Of a stretch of DNA of 64,000 nt, positions 37,241 to 51,066 are shown piece by piece. Within the stretch, counting starts at the first letter, position 1; each line of letters begins with the position of its first letter. The notes beneath the pieces were generated by a model that saw only the letters and a list, made by a program, of their open reading frames with translations, ran no database searches and was not told where the DNA came from. Origin of the DNA: Azolla caroliniana (taxonomy: Eukaryota; Plantae; Polypodiophyta); contig JBHGNT010000011.1 of assembly GCA_043228905.1 (NCBI GenBank), positions 16,120,001-16,184,000 on the forward strand, read 5' to 3'. The position numbers and the translations under genes were made by a program.

Positions 37241-38135
37241 ATATATATAAGGGAAACTCCTCCTATTGATTCTTTGTGGATCGATGTTAGTTTTAGTGAA
37301 ATAGTGTATTGCATTATTTTCCTCTCATATCTTGATCTTGTTCATAGTTACATAGTTTTCTACTTCAAGATTTTTTTCTAGCATTCTATGGATCCTTCGA
37401 AAAGCTCTTTCTAGAAATGCTTCCCATTTGGATAAAAACAAACCTCTACCAACTTGGAGCTTCCCTTGATTTTTCTTGATGAAGGTAGGCCAAATACCTC
37501 TTAGGTTCGATAAGCATGGATGAACCGAAACATCATTTGGTGCCAATTGTCTCATGGCAAAGAAATTGCTAATGGCATCACCTTCTTATCCATTGTTTTC
37601 TAATTTGTATTAACTTTGACGTTATACCACAACATTGCCCATATTCATTGATGAGAAACACCTATGCTCTTTGAAGGTTTGATTAAATAGAACCCTCTAG
37701 TTCTATCACGGTATTGAACGAGGCTTCTTCCATTATCCCTATAAATTAATTTTCCTAAAGTATTTTGAATCTTATATACATTCTCTCTTATAGTCAACCC
37801 CTATGTTTTCCTCTTTCACCAACAACATCCAAATTACATGCACCATCAGAAGAATGGATCTATTCATAGTACAAAACCATGCTAGGGACGTAAGTTCCAT
37901 GCACCATTATAGGGAGTACAATTCATTACGATGGAATATGAAATTTTGGGGGCTTATGCCGCTAATGTGCTCTTGTAGGGAGTACAATTCATCATATCAT
38001 GGCCCTATAACTAGCGAAAGTAGATTCCTTGTAATTATTGTCATCCATTACAACCATGATGATGGGATATTTCCTATTATGTCATGACTTGTCAGGTAGT
38101 TAGAAATTGAAATGACTTTTGCCCACGTTGACTTC

Positions 38136-41100
38136 TTTTTTTCTTTTTTTTCTTTTTTTAAAGGAAGATGCACCTTAGTATATTACTTGAAAAGTCTACA
38201 TAGGAAAAACAAAAGGAGACATTTCATCTCACTTCATTTTGTAAGATACAAAAGCTAGTACATATGATCAAATAGATGATGTCATATATGAACAAGTAGA
38301 ACAATACTTACTATCCACTATCCAACATAAAAGAAGGTATGACATAATTCCACTTTGGACCAGCAGTTGTCTCTGAAAATAACTATATTCCTTGCCATCG
38401 GTTCTTAAAAGCCACTTGTCGTAGCCACAACACATCATCTGAACCATATTGACCATGTAGTGTGTGAACAAACAACATCCAGAATTTGATAAGCATGGCG
38501 TTGAGTTGTATATAGGCATTGTTAAAAACAGAATCACATCTCGCTTTCCATATTATCCAAAGAGCCAATGACGTAATAGTACGCCAAATGACTACATTTT
38601 TAATTTTGACCCTGAAATAGAAGAAGGAAACGAGGTGAGAGAGAGGTGTCCATAAGAAAAACGAAAAACATGAGAAGCGTGCATACTTTCATACCTCATA
38701 ACCTCTCCATAAAGGACACCCCACAATACTGCACCCCAAGAGAATATTGAACGAGAGTAGTGTTGTCTCAACAATAAAAACAACATACTCCAAAATTTCT
38801 TGATCTTGGGACATAACCAAAATACATGCAAAATCAATTCAATAGGTGCGCCACAATGCAATCCACAAGCATATTGTTGATGGTGTCTCAACCAATCACC
38901 AACAAGAAGAGCATAATGAATCAACAACCATCGAAAGCAAATGACTTTTTCCGGCAATTGCATGCTCCACAACCATTTCCAAAATTTTGCAAGTTGTAAT
39001 TCCTACACATTATTCTCAGACCAGTGCTTCATGGCAATAGGGCATTTATACTTTGATTGCAACAATAAATTTCTACCTAGCTTATCCGAATATTGGAAAA
39101 ACTCCAAATGTTTACCGTTTCCACCAAAACTCAGCTTTTTCCATTGATAATCAACTAGATCCCAATCTAAATTTTGAAGAGGTTTTTTTTGAAAAACCCA
39201 CAATGAGCAATACAGCAAGCATTCTTGAAAGGGTGGATCCAAAGACCATTTTTTCCCCAATCTTGCGACTATTTGAATAGCCAAAGTGTTGGCGGACATC
39301 CACGCATCTAATGCAGAGTATACATGCCACAACCTACCATCATCATCAACATTAAAGTACATAGCACCACCCATAGCATTAGTTACTTTAGCTCCTAAAA
39401 TAACTTTTAAAGGAGAAAAATAACCAAACCATATCTGATTACTTGAGGGAGACTATGAAGCCATAAATTGTCCCAATGCCACTTGCATATCATTAATCAT
39501 AACAGTGCCTCCTCGAACTGAATGCATCGATAAAGATTGTAAAGGACGATTCATAACATGGCATCCCCATGAAAGAACATTACATGCAACCGATGCATCC
39601 AAACCAGCCCAATTTAGCCTAGGACGACTACCAAGCAAAAAACCTCTCGCATCCGAGAAGAGGAAATTCCAGGTCAAAGGCTGTCTCAACAAATCATCCA
39701 TTGTCAAAGGCATTTTCGGACCAGAAATTTCTTAACAGCAGCCCAACTTGTGAGAATTCCATTGAAAAATCTATCTTCTGGCAAGGATGTTTTAAAGAAA
39801 TAAAAATTTTGAATAAATGCCCACCTTAATGAGGGTTGCCAAACTCCACCTATTGTCGAACACATAGTAGACAACCTATGCATCATTAGTTGACTCCAAA
39901 TACCTTGCATTGGCAACATAGCTCTAGACACAAATTTAGAGAGCAAAGCCTTACATTGTGATTCCGAATCCACCAAGCCCAACCCATCATTTTGTCTCAG
40001 AGCAATCAATATTGCCCAAGCTACATTAGGCCTTTTAATCTTACCTGTTTTTTCTCCCCAAATGTAATTGTGAATAAGACGTTGGACTTGCAAAATACAT
40101 GAGCCAGCAAACAACGTAGTAGAAGCAATATACCAAATAGTTGCAATAAGAACTTGATTAGCTACAAGTACACGGCCTGCAAATGATATGTCAACTGAAT
40201 CCCAGAGCAACAATTTTCTCCTAAACTTTAAATGTAGAGGAGCAACTAACACATCCGCATTAACGTGAAGTCCTACTTGGCAACCCAAGTAACGAATAGT
40301 GGTTCCATTAGGAACCCATTTGAATTCTTGTGAAGGCATCCAAGTAGGCAACGGATTTGGCAATACCCAAAAACCAAGATATTTATGCCAATTTATCTTT
40401 GCCCCCGAGGCAAAGCAGAATTCCTCCATCGCTACTTGTAATTTTCTTAAATTATCATCATTACCTTGGACATAAATTGTTGTATCATAAGCAAATTCTG
40501 AATCTAGCAATTGTTGTTGCATTAAGGGCAAAATGCAAACCCTTAAGAGAAACTTGGGAAGAATTTAAATACATTGAAAATGTTCCACTACTAGCAAAAA
40601 CAAGGATGGGGCCAATGGACAGCCTTAACGTACAAAACGCGAAATAGAAAATTTTCTAGTTTGCCCACCAGCTACCAAGACCGAACTAAAAGCCTCACGA
40701 TACAAAGCAACTACAACCCTAATCCATTCGACCAAAAAGCCTTGTCTCAAAAATGAACCCTCCATGAAGTCCCAATTAACTCTGTCATGTGCCTTCTCAA
40801 AATCTAATGAAAGAACTGCAAGATCTTCTTTAGTCTTTGTTGCAATCCATTTTAACTCCCAAAACAAAAAAACATTATCAAAGATACTACGTTGCCACAT
40901 AAATCCCATCTGAGATGTTATTATGGGGTGTCCTTCATGGAGATGTTATGAATTACGAACGTATGCATGCTTCTCATGTTTTTTACTTTTCCAATGGGTA
41001 CATCTATCTCACTTCATTTCCATCTGTTATTCCTCGGTTTAGAACTGAAAATCTGGTTATTTGGCGTACTGTTACGTCACTAGCGCTGTGGACAATATGG

Positions 41101-42695
41101 AAAACGAGATGCGATGCTGTTTTTAATAATGCTCACATACACCTCAATAATATGCTTATTGAATTCTGGTGGTTATTTGTCCACACCATACGTGGACAAT
41201 ATGATGATTTGCAGGGTACAACTGATGCTCAAAGGCAACGTCAAGTGGACTTTAAGAAACGGTGGCGAGGGCTTCACATATTTTCAGATACGTCTCTTGG
41301 TATGAAGTGGAATTATTCCATTCCTCCTTTTTTATTGCATAGCTTGTAGATGGTGTTCCATTTGTTCCTATTGTGATATCATCTGTATCATCAGATGTTG
41401 GTATTAGGTTTTGTATTACAATAGAGGTGAGATGAAATGTCTCCCTCTGTTTTCTATATGTACATTTCTCAAGTAATTTACTAAGGTGTATCTTTTTAAT
41501 AAAAAAAATCCCATCTGAGATGCATGCACAATGTCCAGAAGAAAGGGTTGCAATCGCAAAGCCATCAACTTGGCATATATTTTGTAAGTTGTGTTTAATA
41601 GAGTAATGGGCCACCAACCCTTAACCTCAATTGTGGCCACTTCACCTTTCGGAACGAGGCAAACCAAGCTTTCTTTCCACATTTGGGGAATAATACTTGT
41701 ATTAAACATTTCTTGAAATGCTGCAAGTAAATCATCAGCAATCAAGTCCCGGTACGTAAGGAAAAAATCTCTCCCCATTCCATCTACTCCTGGGCAGACA
41801 TCTGTCCCAATACCTTTGATAGCCTGCAAAATTTCAAAAGAGGCAAATGAACGGAGAAGTTGATGTGACATCCGATATGTTACCTTGACTGAAGTAGCAG
41901 TCCAAACTTTTTGACGCATCTATAGGACTACATCATTCGGAATAATTGCTCATAACAAAGACATAATAATTGGCTACAATATGCCTCATTTCAACTCTAT
42001 CCGTTGCGACATAAACGTCTGATCTTTTTAACTGCACAATCTGGATCTTATTTCTTTTAGGCATAACATTTATAAAAAAATATTGACATGGTGTCACCTT
42101 TTGCACACCATCTTGTTGCAGATGTTTGAAATGAAAATTGTGCACACTTTTGCTGCAAAGAAGAAATCAACATCATAACATTTTTCAATTTAGAATGGAT
42201 ATATTGAGAATGAGGTTGTTTTTCCTGCAAAATTTGAAGAGAAGACAAACCTCTCTTTGCATTCAACAAACCTCTAGTGTAATTACTTTGTTTTATCTTA
42301 GCTTGTTGTACAAAGAAGTTGGAGACTGCAATAAGAGCATTCTGCAATTTTTGACAATTAGAATCTCCAACAACCATTCTCGAAAATGAAAAAAATGAAT
42401 GTTGCAAAGTCATATCCACAACAATAAACCTTGGCACATACAGTCGGGAAATAGAATTATGGTTGTCCATACAAAATTTAAGCAAAACGGGAGCATGATC
42501 GGAGAACGAAGTACCAGATACAATCCCCACATATCCTCCACGATCCCAAAAAAAAGAATCCGCATAGAACCTATCTATTCTGGACAAATTGAGAGCAACA
42601 CTTCTTCGATTTGAACGTGAATATTTGTGCATATATGACTATTCTATCAAGATCCTTGTTTCTATTTCAGTAGTTGTTTGCCAAGGATCACTAAA
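38136..42695 (-). mobile_element. Degenerate L1/Tx1-type LINE, ORF2 region (endonuclease C-part, RT, zf-RVT) with 3' UTR and A-rich tail
   Basis: Fragmented ORFs: SRIDRFY/SDHAPV (EN); CPGVDG, WPITLLNTTYKIYAK, LDFEKAHDRVNW, EFAYDT, RYLG (RT); CGLHCG..HVFWLC, WIIWKARC (zf-RVT and C-terminus). T-rich tract at 38136-38160 on the + strand. Confidence 0.9.
40918..41505 (+). mobile_element. 5'-truncated LINE copy nested antisense in the larger LINE
   Basis: 17-bp TSD AAATCCCATCTGAGATG (40901-40917, 41506-41522) and an A tail. The peptide LWGVLHGDVMNYE..WTIWKTRCDAVFNN and the 3' UTR are homologous to the host's 38160-38730. Confidence 0.92.
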
Positions 42696-42784
42696 TGGGA
42701 AGCTAAGTCTCAAACAAAGAAGTTTTCATTTCTCAAGGAATATATTAAGGTATATCTTTCTTGCAAAATAATAAATAATAAAAA

Positions 42785-43139
42785 TTCATTGATTGACACA
42801 TCCATAATTGTCACCTTCACATTTGGGCAACCATGTCATTATTTTTTATGTTCCGCAAATCTTTGACTCGTAATTGGTGTTGAGTGGCCAACATTCTATT
42901 TATGATAGAGCTTAGTGGAGATTAAATTGATATCTGAGTTGTGATCAATCAACTTCATATTTGGGCAACCAATCAATTTCATGGATTGACACATCCATAA
43001 TTGTCACCTTCACATTTGGGCAACCATGTCATTATTTTTTATGTTGCTCAAATCTTTGACTCGTAATTGGTGTTGAGTGGCCAACATTCTATTTATGATA
43101 GAGCTTAGTGGAGATTAAATTGATGTATGAGTTGTGATC
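42785..43139. repeat. Tandem duplication, ~193-bp period
   Basis: GATTGACACATCCATAATTGTCACCTTCACATTTGGGCAACC at 42791 and 42984. Confidence 0.9.
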
Positions 43140-44595
43140 GGTCAAAGCAACCACCAAATCTTCACTAGGTTTTTTATGGTAGCTTGTATTCATTGTTGTC
43201 TCAAAACATTCTATGACATGGATTAAAATGAAATGAAGGTCATTTTCAAAAAATTAATTACTCTAGGGTTAAAGCAATAATTTAAATTGGAATCTTTAAC
43301 CTTAGAAACTCAAAGGATTCCACTATCAATTTAGTGTTACTAGATGAAATGGAGATTAATGTTGGGGATAAACAATGGACTTCAAGTCTTCCAAGTTTAT
43401 GATCCACGTCTCTATACTTTGAGCATTGTAATGTTACAACTTACAAGTATCTTCAATATCGAAAATCTCCTTTTTATATATTTTGAATGGCTTCAATACC
43501 TGTAGTTAACATTGTTTGCATATTTTGACAGACAAAGTCATGAAAACACCAAGGGAAAAAAAGAGCTCGCTACTTGCACACGTCCAATAAAACATTACTT
43601 TTACCAATGCACAAAGGCCTTCACATTCTTGAAATTTCAATCCATATTCACAAATTTAATTGATTTCACATAATCATAGTTGGATCCAATTATCTTCTTA
43701 ATTCTCAGAGATTGTATAAATTTTGGGATTTGGATAGAGATTGTGCATAATCTCAGAGGTTTGTTGGATAGTATAAAAGGTAATTATACGCAACAAGCGG
43801 AGCTTAATCGATTGGAGTTTCATGCCATCTTGGACATAAGCATATTTTATAGACGGCTTCCTAATAAGGTGGAGTGGTTTTACTCTGCACCAGAGTATTT
43901 ATTTAAGCCGATGGTTAGGATTTAGAAAAAAAGGGATCTATGGTATATCTTGTATGTATAGAGCCTTACAACGTTTTCTAATACTAATGTAGTATCTTTT
44001 TTTGGAAAAAAAAAATTAAAACAAATCAATTCTCTGATTCTAGCCAATTTGATTAGCTTAAAACTTGACAAACAAATATATTTGTTGAGTCAATGAACTT
44101 GTTATCAATATTGGTTCCAAGGGTTTTCAATAATGGGACAATGGGAATCAATGTAGCATATTGGTAAAAGGGTCTATTGAAAGAAACCTTGATTTCAAAG
44201 TAGATCAATAACTACTCTAATGTCTCTCCCATCTTAGCATATGGCTCTTTGAGCTTCCTATGATGTATTTATTTATCTAGGTGTTTGCCTATCTAGTCTA
44301 ATGTCCTGTACATTATATTTGTGGTCCAACATTTCTAGCCATGGACTCTTTTTCAATAACATAAATTTCCATTGAAAAAGCACATTATGGAGGATCATAA
44401 TTCCAATGATTTGAAATGTCGAGTTCTTGTTTTAAAAATTCATTAAGGCAACCCATGACTCTAGGCCTTTAGAAATTGAGCTCATGCGTCTTCTCCATAT
44501 TAAAATCCTTTCATTATTCAATGAAATGATGTCTGGATATTAAGTTAAGTCGCCATACAAATGGTCACACGAATCAGGCATGTAGAATGAGGACC

Positions 44596-44602
44596 TATAT
44601 AA
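44596..44602 (+). promoter_or_regulatory. Probable TATA box of EG45-like copy 1
   Basis: CCTATATAA about 115 bp upstream of the ATG, conserved in the copy 2 promoter. Confidence 0.6.
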
Positions 44603-44712
44603 GGATGGGCCATTGAAGACATATATCACATATAACATATATCATTACCTAGATTGGCAACCTTGATTGCATAACTACCCATTACATCATTAAACTAAAT
44701 TAATCATATATA

Positions 44713-45200
44713 ATGATGACTAGAGCAACATTTGTTATATTAGCCATGTTGTTGGCAGCAATATGTCTCCTAAGGACTTGTGATGCAACCACTGGCCGTG
44801 CAACCTTCTATGTTGCCCCTTACGTCCGTAAGTACTTTGACAAAATCAACATAATTCTCCTAGTCTAGCATATTTCTATGTATTGATTGATGTTGGTAAA
44901 TTCATGAAAAAATTATATATAGCGTCGGCGTGTTATGGCTACGACACTAGCAAATTCTTGCCGGGAAATTTTATAGTCGCTGCAAATAGGGGCCTCTTTA
45001 AAGGGGGTGCCTCTTGTGGTCGGAAATGCCAAGTTTCGTGCTATGGTGCTGGATGCAAAAACAGCAACACCATCACTGTGCGCATTGTAGAACTTTGCCC
45101 TACTTGTGTTAGCCACCAAATTGACCTCTCCAAAGAGGCCTTCTCCACCATTGCCAACCTTGACCAAGGTGTCATCACCATTAATTACACATGCAACTAA
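44713..45200 (+). CDS. EG45-like domain protein / plant natriuretic peptide-like (DPBB fold), secreted; copy 1
   Basis: Exons 44713-44827 and 44923-45200 (GT..AG). Signal peptide followed by GRATFY..PYVPSACYG...GGASCG...VRIVELCP...IDLSKEAFSTIA...GVITINY. Confidence 0.92.
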
Positions 45201-46150
45201 TTCCTCACTTCTCATGATAATAGCATCCACCTGTATTATGTATGTGGAGTAACATATCATTGCTCCTGATAATTGAATAAAAACAAGCATATCATTGTTC
45301 TCATAAGGAGTTGTCTACATTGAAACTGAACTGGGGGTGATGCCTTTATAATATTTTGTACTCATGTTTCTCTGTCATCTAAGAGTGAGCCAAGTGAGAT
45401 GACATTGATGTGGAATGCTTCACTAGCGACACTAGAGAAAATAATTCAGTCATAATCTAAATAACTCTAGCTAATAAGATAAATGAGGCAATCATGATCT
45501 AACATTAGTTGAATATGTAATTGAGCATTTGCAAAATATGGACTAATAATATCACCTAATACCCAAATAACACATATACCTTAAGTGCCACATATTCATA
45601 TATACATATATGAAGTAGAAATTTCTCAATCACATCAAATGGTACATTTCGCATCACCAAAATTAACCAAAACCTTTTAAATACCCAAACATGATTATTG
45701 TTAAAGACATAAGTGATATATTTACTAGAATCTAAGCTCAATTAATCACATAAAATGTGATAATTTTCCTCAATTTGAAGGGCAATAACTTATGTTAGCA
45801 CAACTTATCATATGTTAGAGCACCTTTTAAGATAGATAAGCGGGAGATATCTTATTATCATTATTAAAAGTCAAATACAACCTATGGAACTGAAATTGAA
45901 ATAGTTTCACACACTATATGTAAAATTTAGAGTTTGTTGTAGTGGTTAATCTACATGTTACTAGATGGAGAGTGGTTGATGCTCACTCTCACTCTTGTCG
46001 TTAACAAGGGGCTAGACATTGGTATGTCGCTACACATTGACCTCAAGGTGGTTCTCAAGTAAAATAACAAGTAAGATGTCGCTTTTGATAAGCAGAATGT
46101 TGCATGGGACCCGTCACCCAAATAACATACACATGTTCAATGCTACATTT

Positions 46151-46648
46151 CCCTATATACATACAAATGCCATCCTCCAAAAAATAGTTACCATTTTTGT
46201 GTTTACCTTGTTTCTTAGTTCTTTGTTGCGATCTATTGATATGCTAGTATTTTGAGCTTTTTTAGAAGAAATTCTCTCTCAAAACACCAACCTCAATAAA
46301 GGTGAAAAAGAAGATTAGCTTGCCACCCACATGCTCTCAAACTGTCGACCACAATCACAAATCTAATTACTGTTTGTAGGGTTATATTCTCAATCCTCAC
46401 CCTATATACATACAAATGCCATCCTCCAAAAAATAGTTACCATTTTTGTGTTTACCTTGTTTCTTAGTTCTTTGTTGCGATCTATTGATATGCTAGCATT
46501 TTGAGCTTTTTTAGAAGAAATTCTCTCTCAAAACACCAACCTCAATAAAGGTGAAAAAGAAGATTAGCTTGCCACCCACATGCTCTCAAACTGTCGACCA
46601 CAATCACAAATCTAATTACTGTTTGTAGGGTTATATTCTCAATCCTCA
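46151..46648. repeat. Near-perfect tandem duplication, 249-bp unit x2
   Basis: CCCTATATACATACAAATGCC at 46151 and 46400, one mismatch seen. Confidence 0.95.
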
Positions 46649-46829
46649 TGAATCAAATTAAATTTTGAAATCATTTATAGACTTTTATAGACTAAACTAC
46701 AATCTTGTTTGCTTACCCATCTTATTACATGGCTCCCAAAGTCGTCCATTGTGTGTGTGTGTGTGTGTGTGTTCTTGTCTTTACCTATATCTAATATGGG
46801 TCCCCTTCTCTACACTTAAAACTATCTTG

Positions 46830-47540
46830 CATATATGGATATCATGAGCTCCCATTTTTAAAAGAGCATCGAGGAAAATCATGACCACGGTCTTTGAAAA
46901 ATTCCACTTTATATCTTTCAAGGTTAGCATCCTTATATAATATATATACATTCAATGAAATGAAGGCTTGATAAGTCAAGTCAAGATAGAAAGTTTCACA
47001 CTAAGAAGGTATTAGAATAAGGATACTTGGAGCTCATCAACGTTAACTATTCATACGCTAATGTTCCCCTTCACATGATCTTTGAAATACAATAATACCA
47101 CCCTCACACACATTATGTGAGTATGAGCAACAAGTCATTGCTCTTAATTACAATTGAATAGTGCCAAGCTTCACCTTTTATATTGTTTTAAAGTATAGTT
47201 TACATGAAAGTGGGTGATAGACAAGTTTAAGAACGTCCACGATCTCCTTTAAGGGTAAGTCATTGTCTTTCGGCATCTAAAGGGCATAATTTAGCGTTAA
47301 ATGGCTCACTCATCTCATCACTAGATAGAACTATTCATTCATCATCTATTAAATAGCTCCAAGTAATGAAACAAAGAAAATCATGATCTACATAACATTA
47401 GTTAAATACATAATTGATTGTTTGTTAAATCTTGACAAGTAATGTTGCATGGGGCCCAAATAACATACACATGTTCAATCTTAAATTTCCCTATATACAA
47501 ATATAAAGTAGGAGCTTTTCAATGACATCAAATGTTACTA
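46830..47540 (+). pseudogene. Internally deleted third EG45-like gene copy (promoter fused to last codons and 3' UTR)
   Basis: 46830-47030 resembles the promoters of copies 1 and 2. 47035-47061 (TCATCAACGTTAACTATTCATACGCTAA) resembles the CDS end TCATCACCATTAACTACTCATGCAGCTAA. 47090-47220 matches the copy 2 3' UTR (53500-53640). Confidence 0.75.
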
Positions 47541-48419
47541 TCCCCATGGCCATATTGATGTTCATCATAAATCACACAAGCTTCACGTTATAATTTGAAA
47601 TAATCTCTCGTTCTTAAGTGGGTCTTGGATCTTTGTATACTTGTTCGCTCCATGGAACATGAACACCATATTCATTTTGACAATTATCCAACTCTTGTCG
47701 TCACATCCTTCATTGGTATCCTAAATTCAACTAGGAGCAAAATCAAAGGCAATACTACAATTGTGGTCTAATGATTTTTTACAACTAGAGACAAGACATA
47801 TCATGGTTGTTACTATGCATTACGACCTACAATAACCAGAACACCAAATGGTGCCATCCTCTGATAAACAACTACCCTTTTTCTTTTTCTTTTTCTTTTT
47901 CTTTTTACCATGCTCTTAATTTTTTTGTTGCATTCTACAAAGTGCCTTAACAAAAATAATGACCCCCTAGGTTTTTGAACATTTGCGCATGGATGATTTT
48001 TGGCAAAAGTAGTCTTTGAATGAATGCCATTTGTGTTTCAACCTCGTGACTTGATAAGAAACCATCTTCACCATCATTGCTCACCCCGTGAACTAAATAT
48101 GACACGACATTGCTAACAATAGGGTAGATGATGTTCCAACCCCATGTACATTAAACTCACAAATTCAAAAGGATCACTACTCATTTAACTCTAGTAAACC
48201 AAAAGAGAGATTAATGCGGGGGACAAACCCATGAACTTTAAGTCTTGATACAAAAAATCAGTATGGATTCCACTTAAGTACTCTTTAATTTATAATTTCC
48301 ATCATTTTCTATCTATCCAAGTTTATCCATCTTGTCTGTCTATCTTTTTTGTTAGAACACACAACTACATTAACTATATGTCAAAATTACTACACTAATG
48401 CCAAACACTCGCTTCTTCT

Positions 48420-48800
48420 TTTGTAAATAATATATTTAATTACAAAAGAAAACACCACCATGGTCCACGACTAACTTACAACCAACTTTAGAGCTTTGGG
48501 GATCCAAATGCTATGAACCAATCCTGCCCTGGACACTAATTCAAATGATGAATATGATGACATGTCACGTTGTAGAACCGGCTCTCTTCATGGTTGAGAT
48601 TCCATGACTTCTCTTAACACCGTCAATTACCACAAAAGAAGTCCTTTTAACTTTGCAACGAATTTCCTCACCCCAACTTGTGAATCAAAAGTGACGGCAT
48701 TCCACATATTCCTCAATTGAACCATAGCCCCCAGTACATCAAGAACTCAAAAATAATTTGGAAATGGTGCATCACTCTATTGTTCTCCACATGTGCAAAA
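48420..48800 (-). mobile_element. Possible old LINE 3' remnant
   Basis: Minus-strand frameshifted fragment FLMYWGLWF..NMWNAVTF resembles the LINE C-terminal W..W..RN..F motif. Confidence 0.3.
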
Positions 48801-48903
48801 CCCCAATTAAATTAAGATAGTCTTACTAGAGTCAAAGACATCCATGTTAAATTGATACACTTTGAAACTATTCTAGCCAATCAAGATGAGAAAGAAAGAA
48901 ATG

Positions 48904-48905
<2 letters not shown>

Positions 48906-48963
<58 letters not shown>
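48906..48963. repeat. (CT)n microsatellite
   Basis: Pure CT run. Confidence 0.95.
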
Positions 48964-48966
<3 letters not shown>

Positions 48967-49134
48967 TTAATTAAATATATAAAAGAAACAATAAAAAACT
49001 CAAGACTAATAGGTCATAAGGTTCAATAAGAGAGTTTCTCATCTTGAAGAGATATTATGAATATACTCAATGACATAAATTTCCTTTTTCTCTATATCAT
49101 ATGGGTTCAATATTTAAAACTAACATTTGAACTT

Positions 49135-50631
49135 AAGGGCCTAGCATGGGGAAAGTTGGCACAAACAGGCCTCCTATCTATAGACGATTGGAGACGCATG
49201 GTTGATTCAGGAAGAGCCCAAGAGGACCTTTTCCCTCCCCTCAAGGGAGCTACGAAAATGCGGAGACTGATAGCTGAGGCAGTTGACAGGGTTCCGCTGG
49301 GGGAGGCGAGAGAACATGCATGGTTCGGTCTCTTTGACGAGGCTGGAATGGTCAAGTCGCTAAAGGGCATGAGTGAATCGGGGAGTGATACAGTTTTTGG
49401 GGACAGCCAGAGCAGCGGCTCTTGGCACCCGATCCGAGTGGTGGCACAGATTGATAACATCTGGAAGACAGACCCGGATGTTGCTAAGGTGGAACCCCAT
49501 TGGAGGTTAAGGGTATACGGTTGTCACCCCCTTGTCGATCTGGATTGGGACCCCGGGGATTTCAGATGGAAACATGACGATAGACTCCACCACTTCTTCG
49601 ATTACACCACTAAATTGGGTCGGACTTTGCAGCTGCAGCCAGGCAGCCCCCTTCGCAACGGCTGGCGAACATTGGGCATCCCCGATGAGGCGCTCACTAC
49701 CTTTTGGAAGGGTCTTTGGCGTCTCCACATGCCTGAAAAGATTAAGCTCTTTTGGTGGCAGATCGGTCATAATGTGGTGCCCGTTGGCGAATGGTTAAAT
49801 AAACGTGGCGGCCCGTTAGGCTGCCCACTGTGCTCTCTACCTATTGAGTCTCTGAGACATTGTTTGTGGGATTGCCCTCAAGCTCAAAAGGTATGGGATA
49901 GAGTGACTCGCCTCCTTGTGGCATGTGAAGTTGAAGGAACAGCCTCGTGGAGCGCTGCGGCATGGATTGATCACTCGGTCGAAGGGTGGACGGACGCCGT
50001 CAATGCGGATAGTTGGTGCTATGTATGCACGAGAGGCATGATCGTCAAGATCCGTTTTGAAAGAGGCTTGCAGCCCGCATCCCCTAGGTTTCCGGAAATC
50101 TGGATGTTGATCGCAGGTTTCACCTTGTGGTATATATGGAAAGCGCATTGCCTCAAGGTCTTCCAAGGTACGGTACGGCCCCCGGAGGAAATGATCATGG
50201 ACATATGGTTCGCGCTTATCAGCTGCCTACGAGGGCAACTGGAAGAGGTTTGCAGCCACTCCAACGACGTGACCACTGCCCGTTTGCGCTTTTGGCAGAA
50301 ATGGCGGAACACGCCTATGGTGATGCAAGGCGGGAGTGGCCCGAGGTGGAACTACCAGCCCCCACGTTGGTTGTTTCCTACTCACCTGCCACCCTCTCTT
50401 TGGTGTAGGCCCCAAGAGCCGACTCGTACTAGGCAACATTGAAGGGCATCGCCTTGGATACAGGTAGCTTCTTACATTAAGTTAGGCCGCAAGGCAATGT
50501 AAGTGGCTCATCTTCTTTGGCTTGATCGGAGGAAGTCTCCCCGATGTGTGTATAAGTCTCCTTATAGACTCTATGTAATAATCCTTCCTAACTAATGGGA
50601 AAGTAGCTTTACTTTGAAAAAAAAAAAAAAA
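49135..50631 (+). mobile_element. Young 5'-truncated LINE (ORF2 C-terminus with zf-RVT)
   Basis: 19-bp TSD AAAACTAACATTTGAACTT (49116-49134, 50632-50650) and poly(A). Open frame to 50442 with KIKLFWWQ, CPLCSLPIESLRHCLWDC and LWYIWKAHC. Confidence 0.94.
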
Positions 50632-51066
50632 AAAACTAACATTTGAACTTTGGCATATTTTGACAAATCACACTACCAAAACAAGCCTCTACCCATGCAA
50701 CTCCAATAAAACATTGGATTTCTCAATGTATGAGATAGTCACATTCTTGAATTCCTAGTTCATCCACATTCACAAAGTTAATTAATTCTATATAGACACA
50801 CTTGAATCCAATAACCTTCTTATATTCTCGAATTCTTGCCAATTCAATTAGCTTTAAACCCAACAAACTAACATTTATTGAATCTATGACCTTTTTATTG
50901 ATATTGGTTCCAAGGGGTTTCAGTAATGATCTAATTTACTACATGAGACAATGGGGATGTACCCACAACTTTCTAAGAGGTTCTATTTGAAAGAAATGCA
51001 TAAAGTAGATCAATTAACTACTTTGTGGTCTATCACATCTTATTACATGGTTGTCTACACCAATCC

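Noticed and set aside
49057-50442. 461-aa ORF as a host gene
   Set aside because: It is a LINE ORF2 C-terminus bounded by a TSD and poly(A). The first ~26 codons are chance read-in from the flank.
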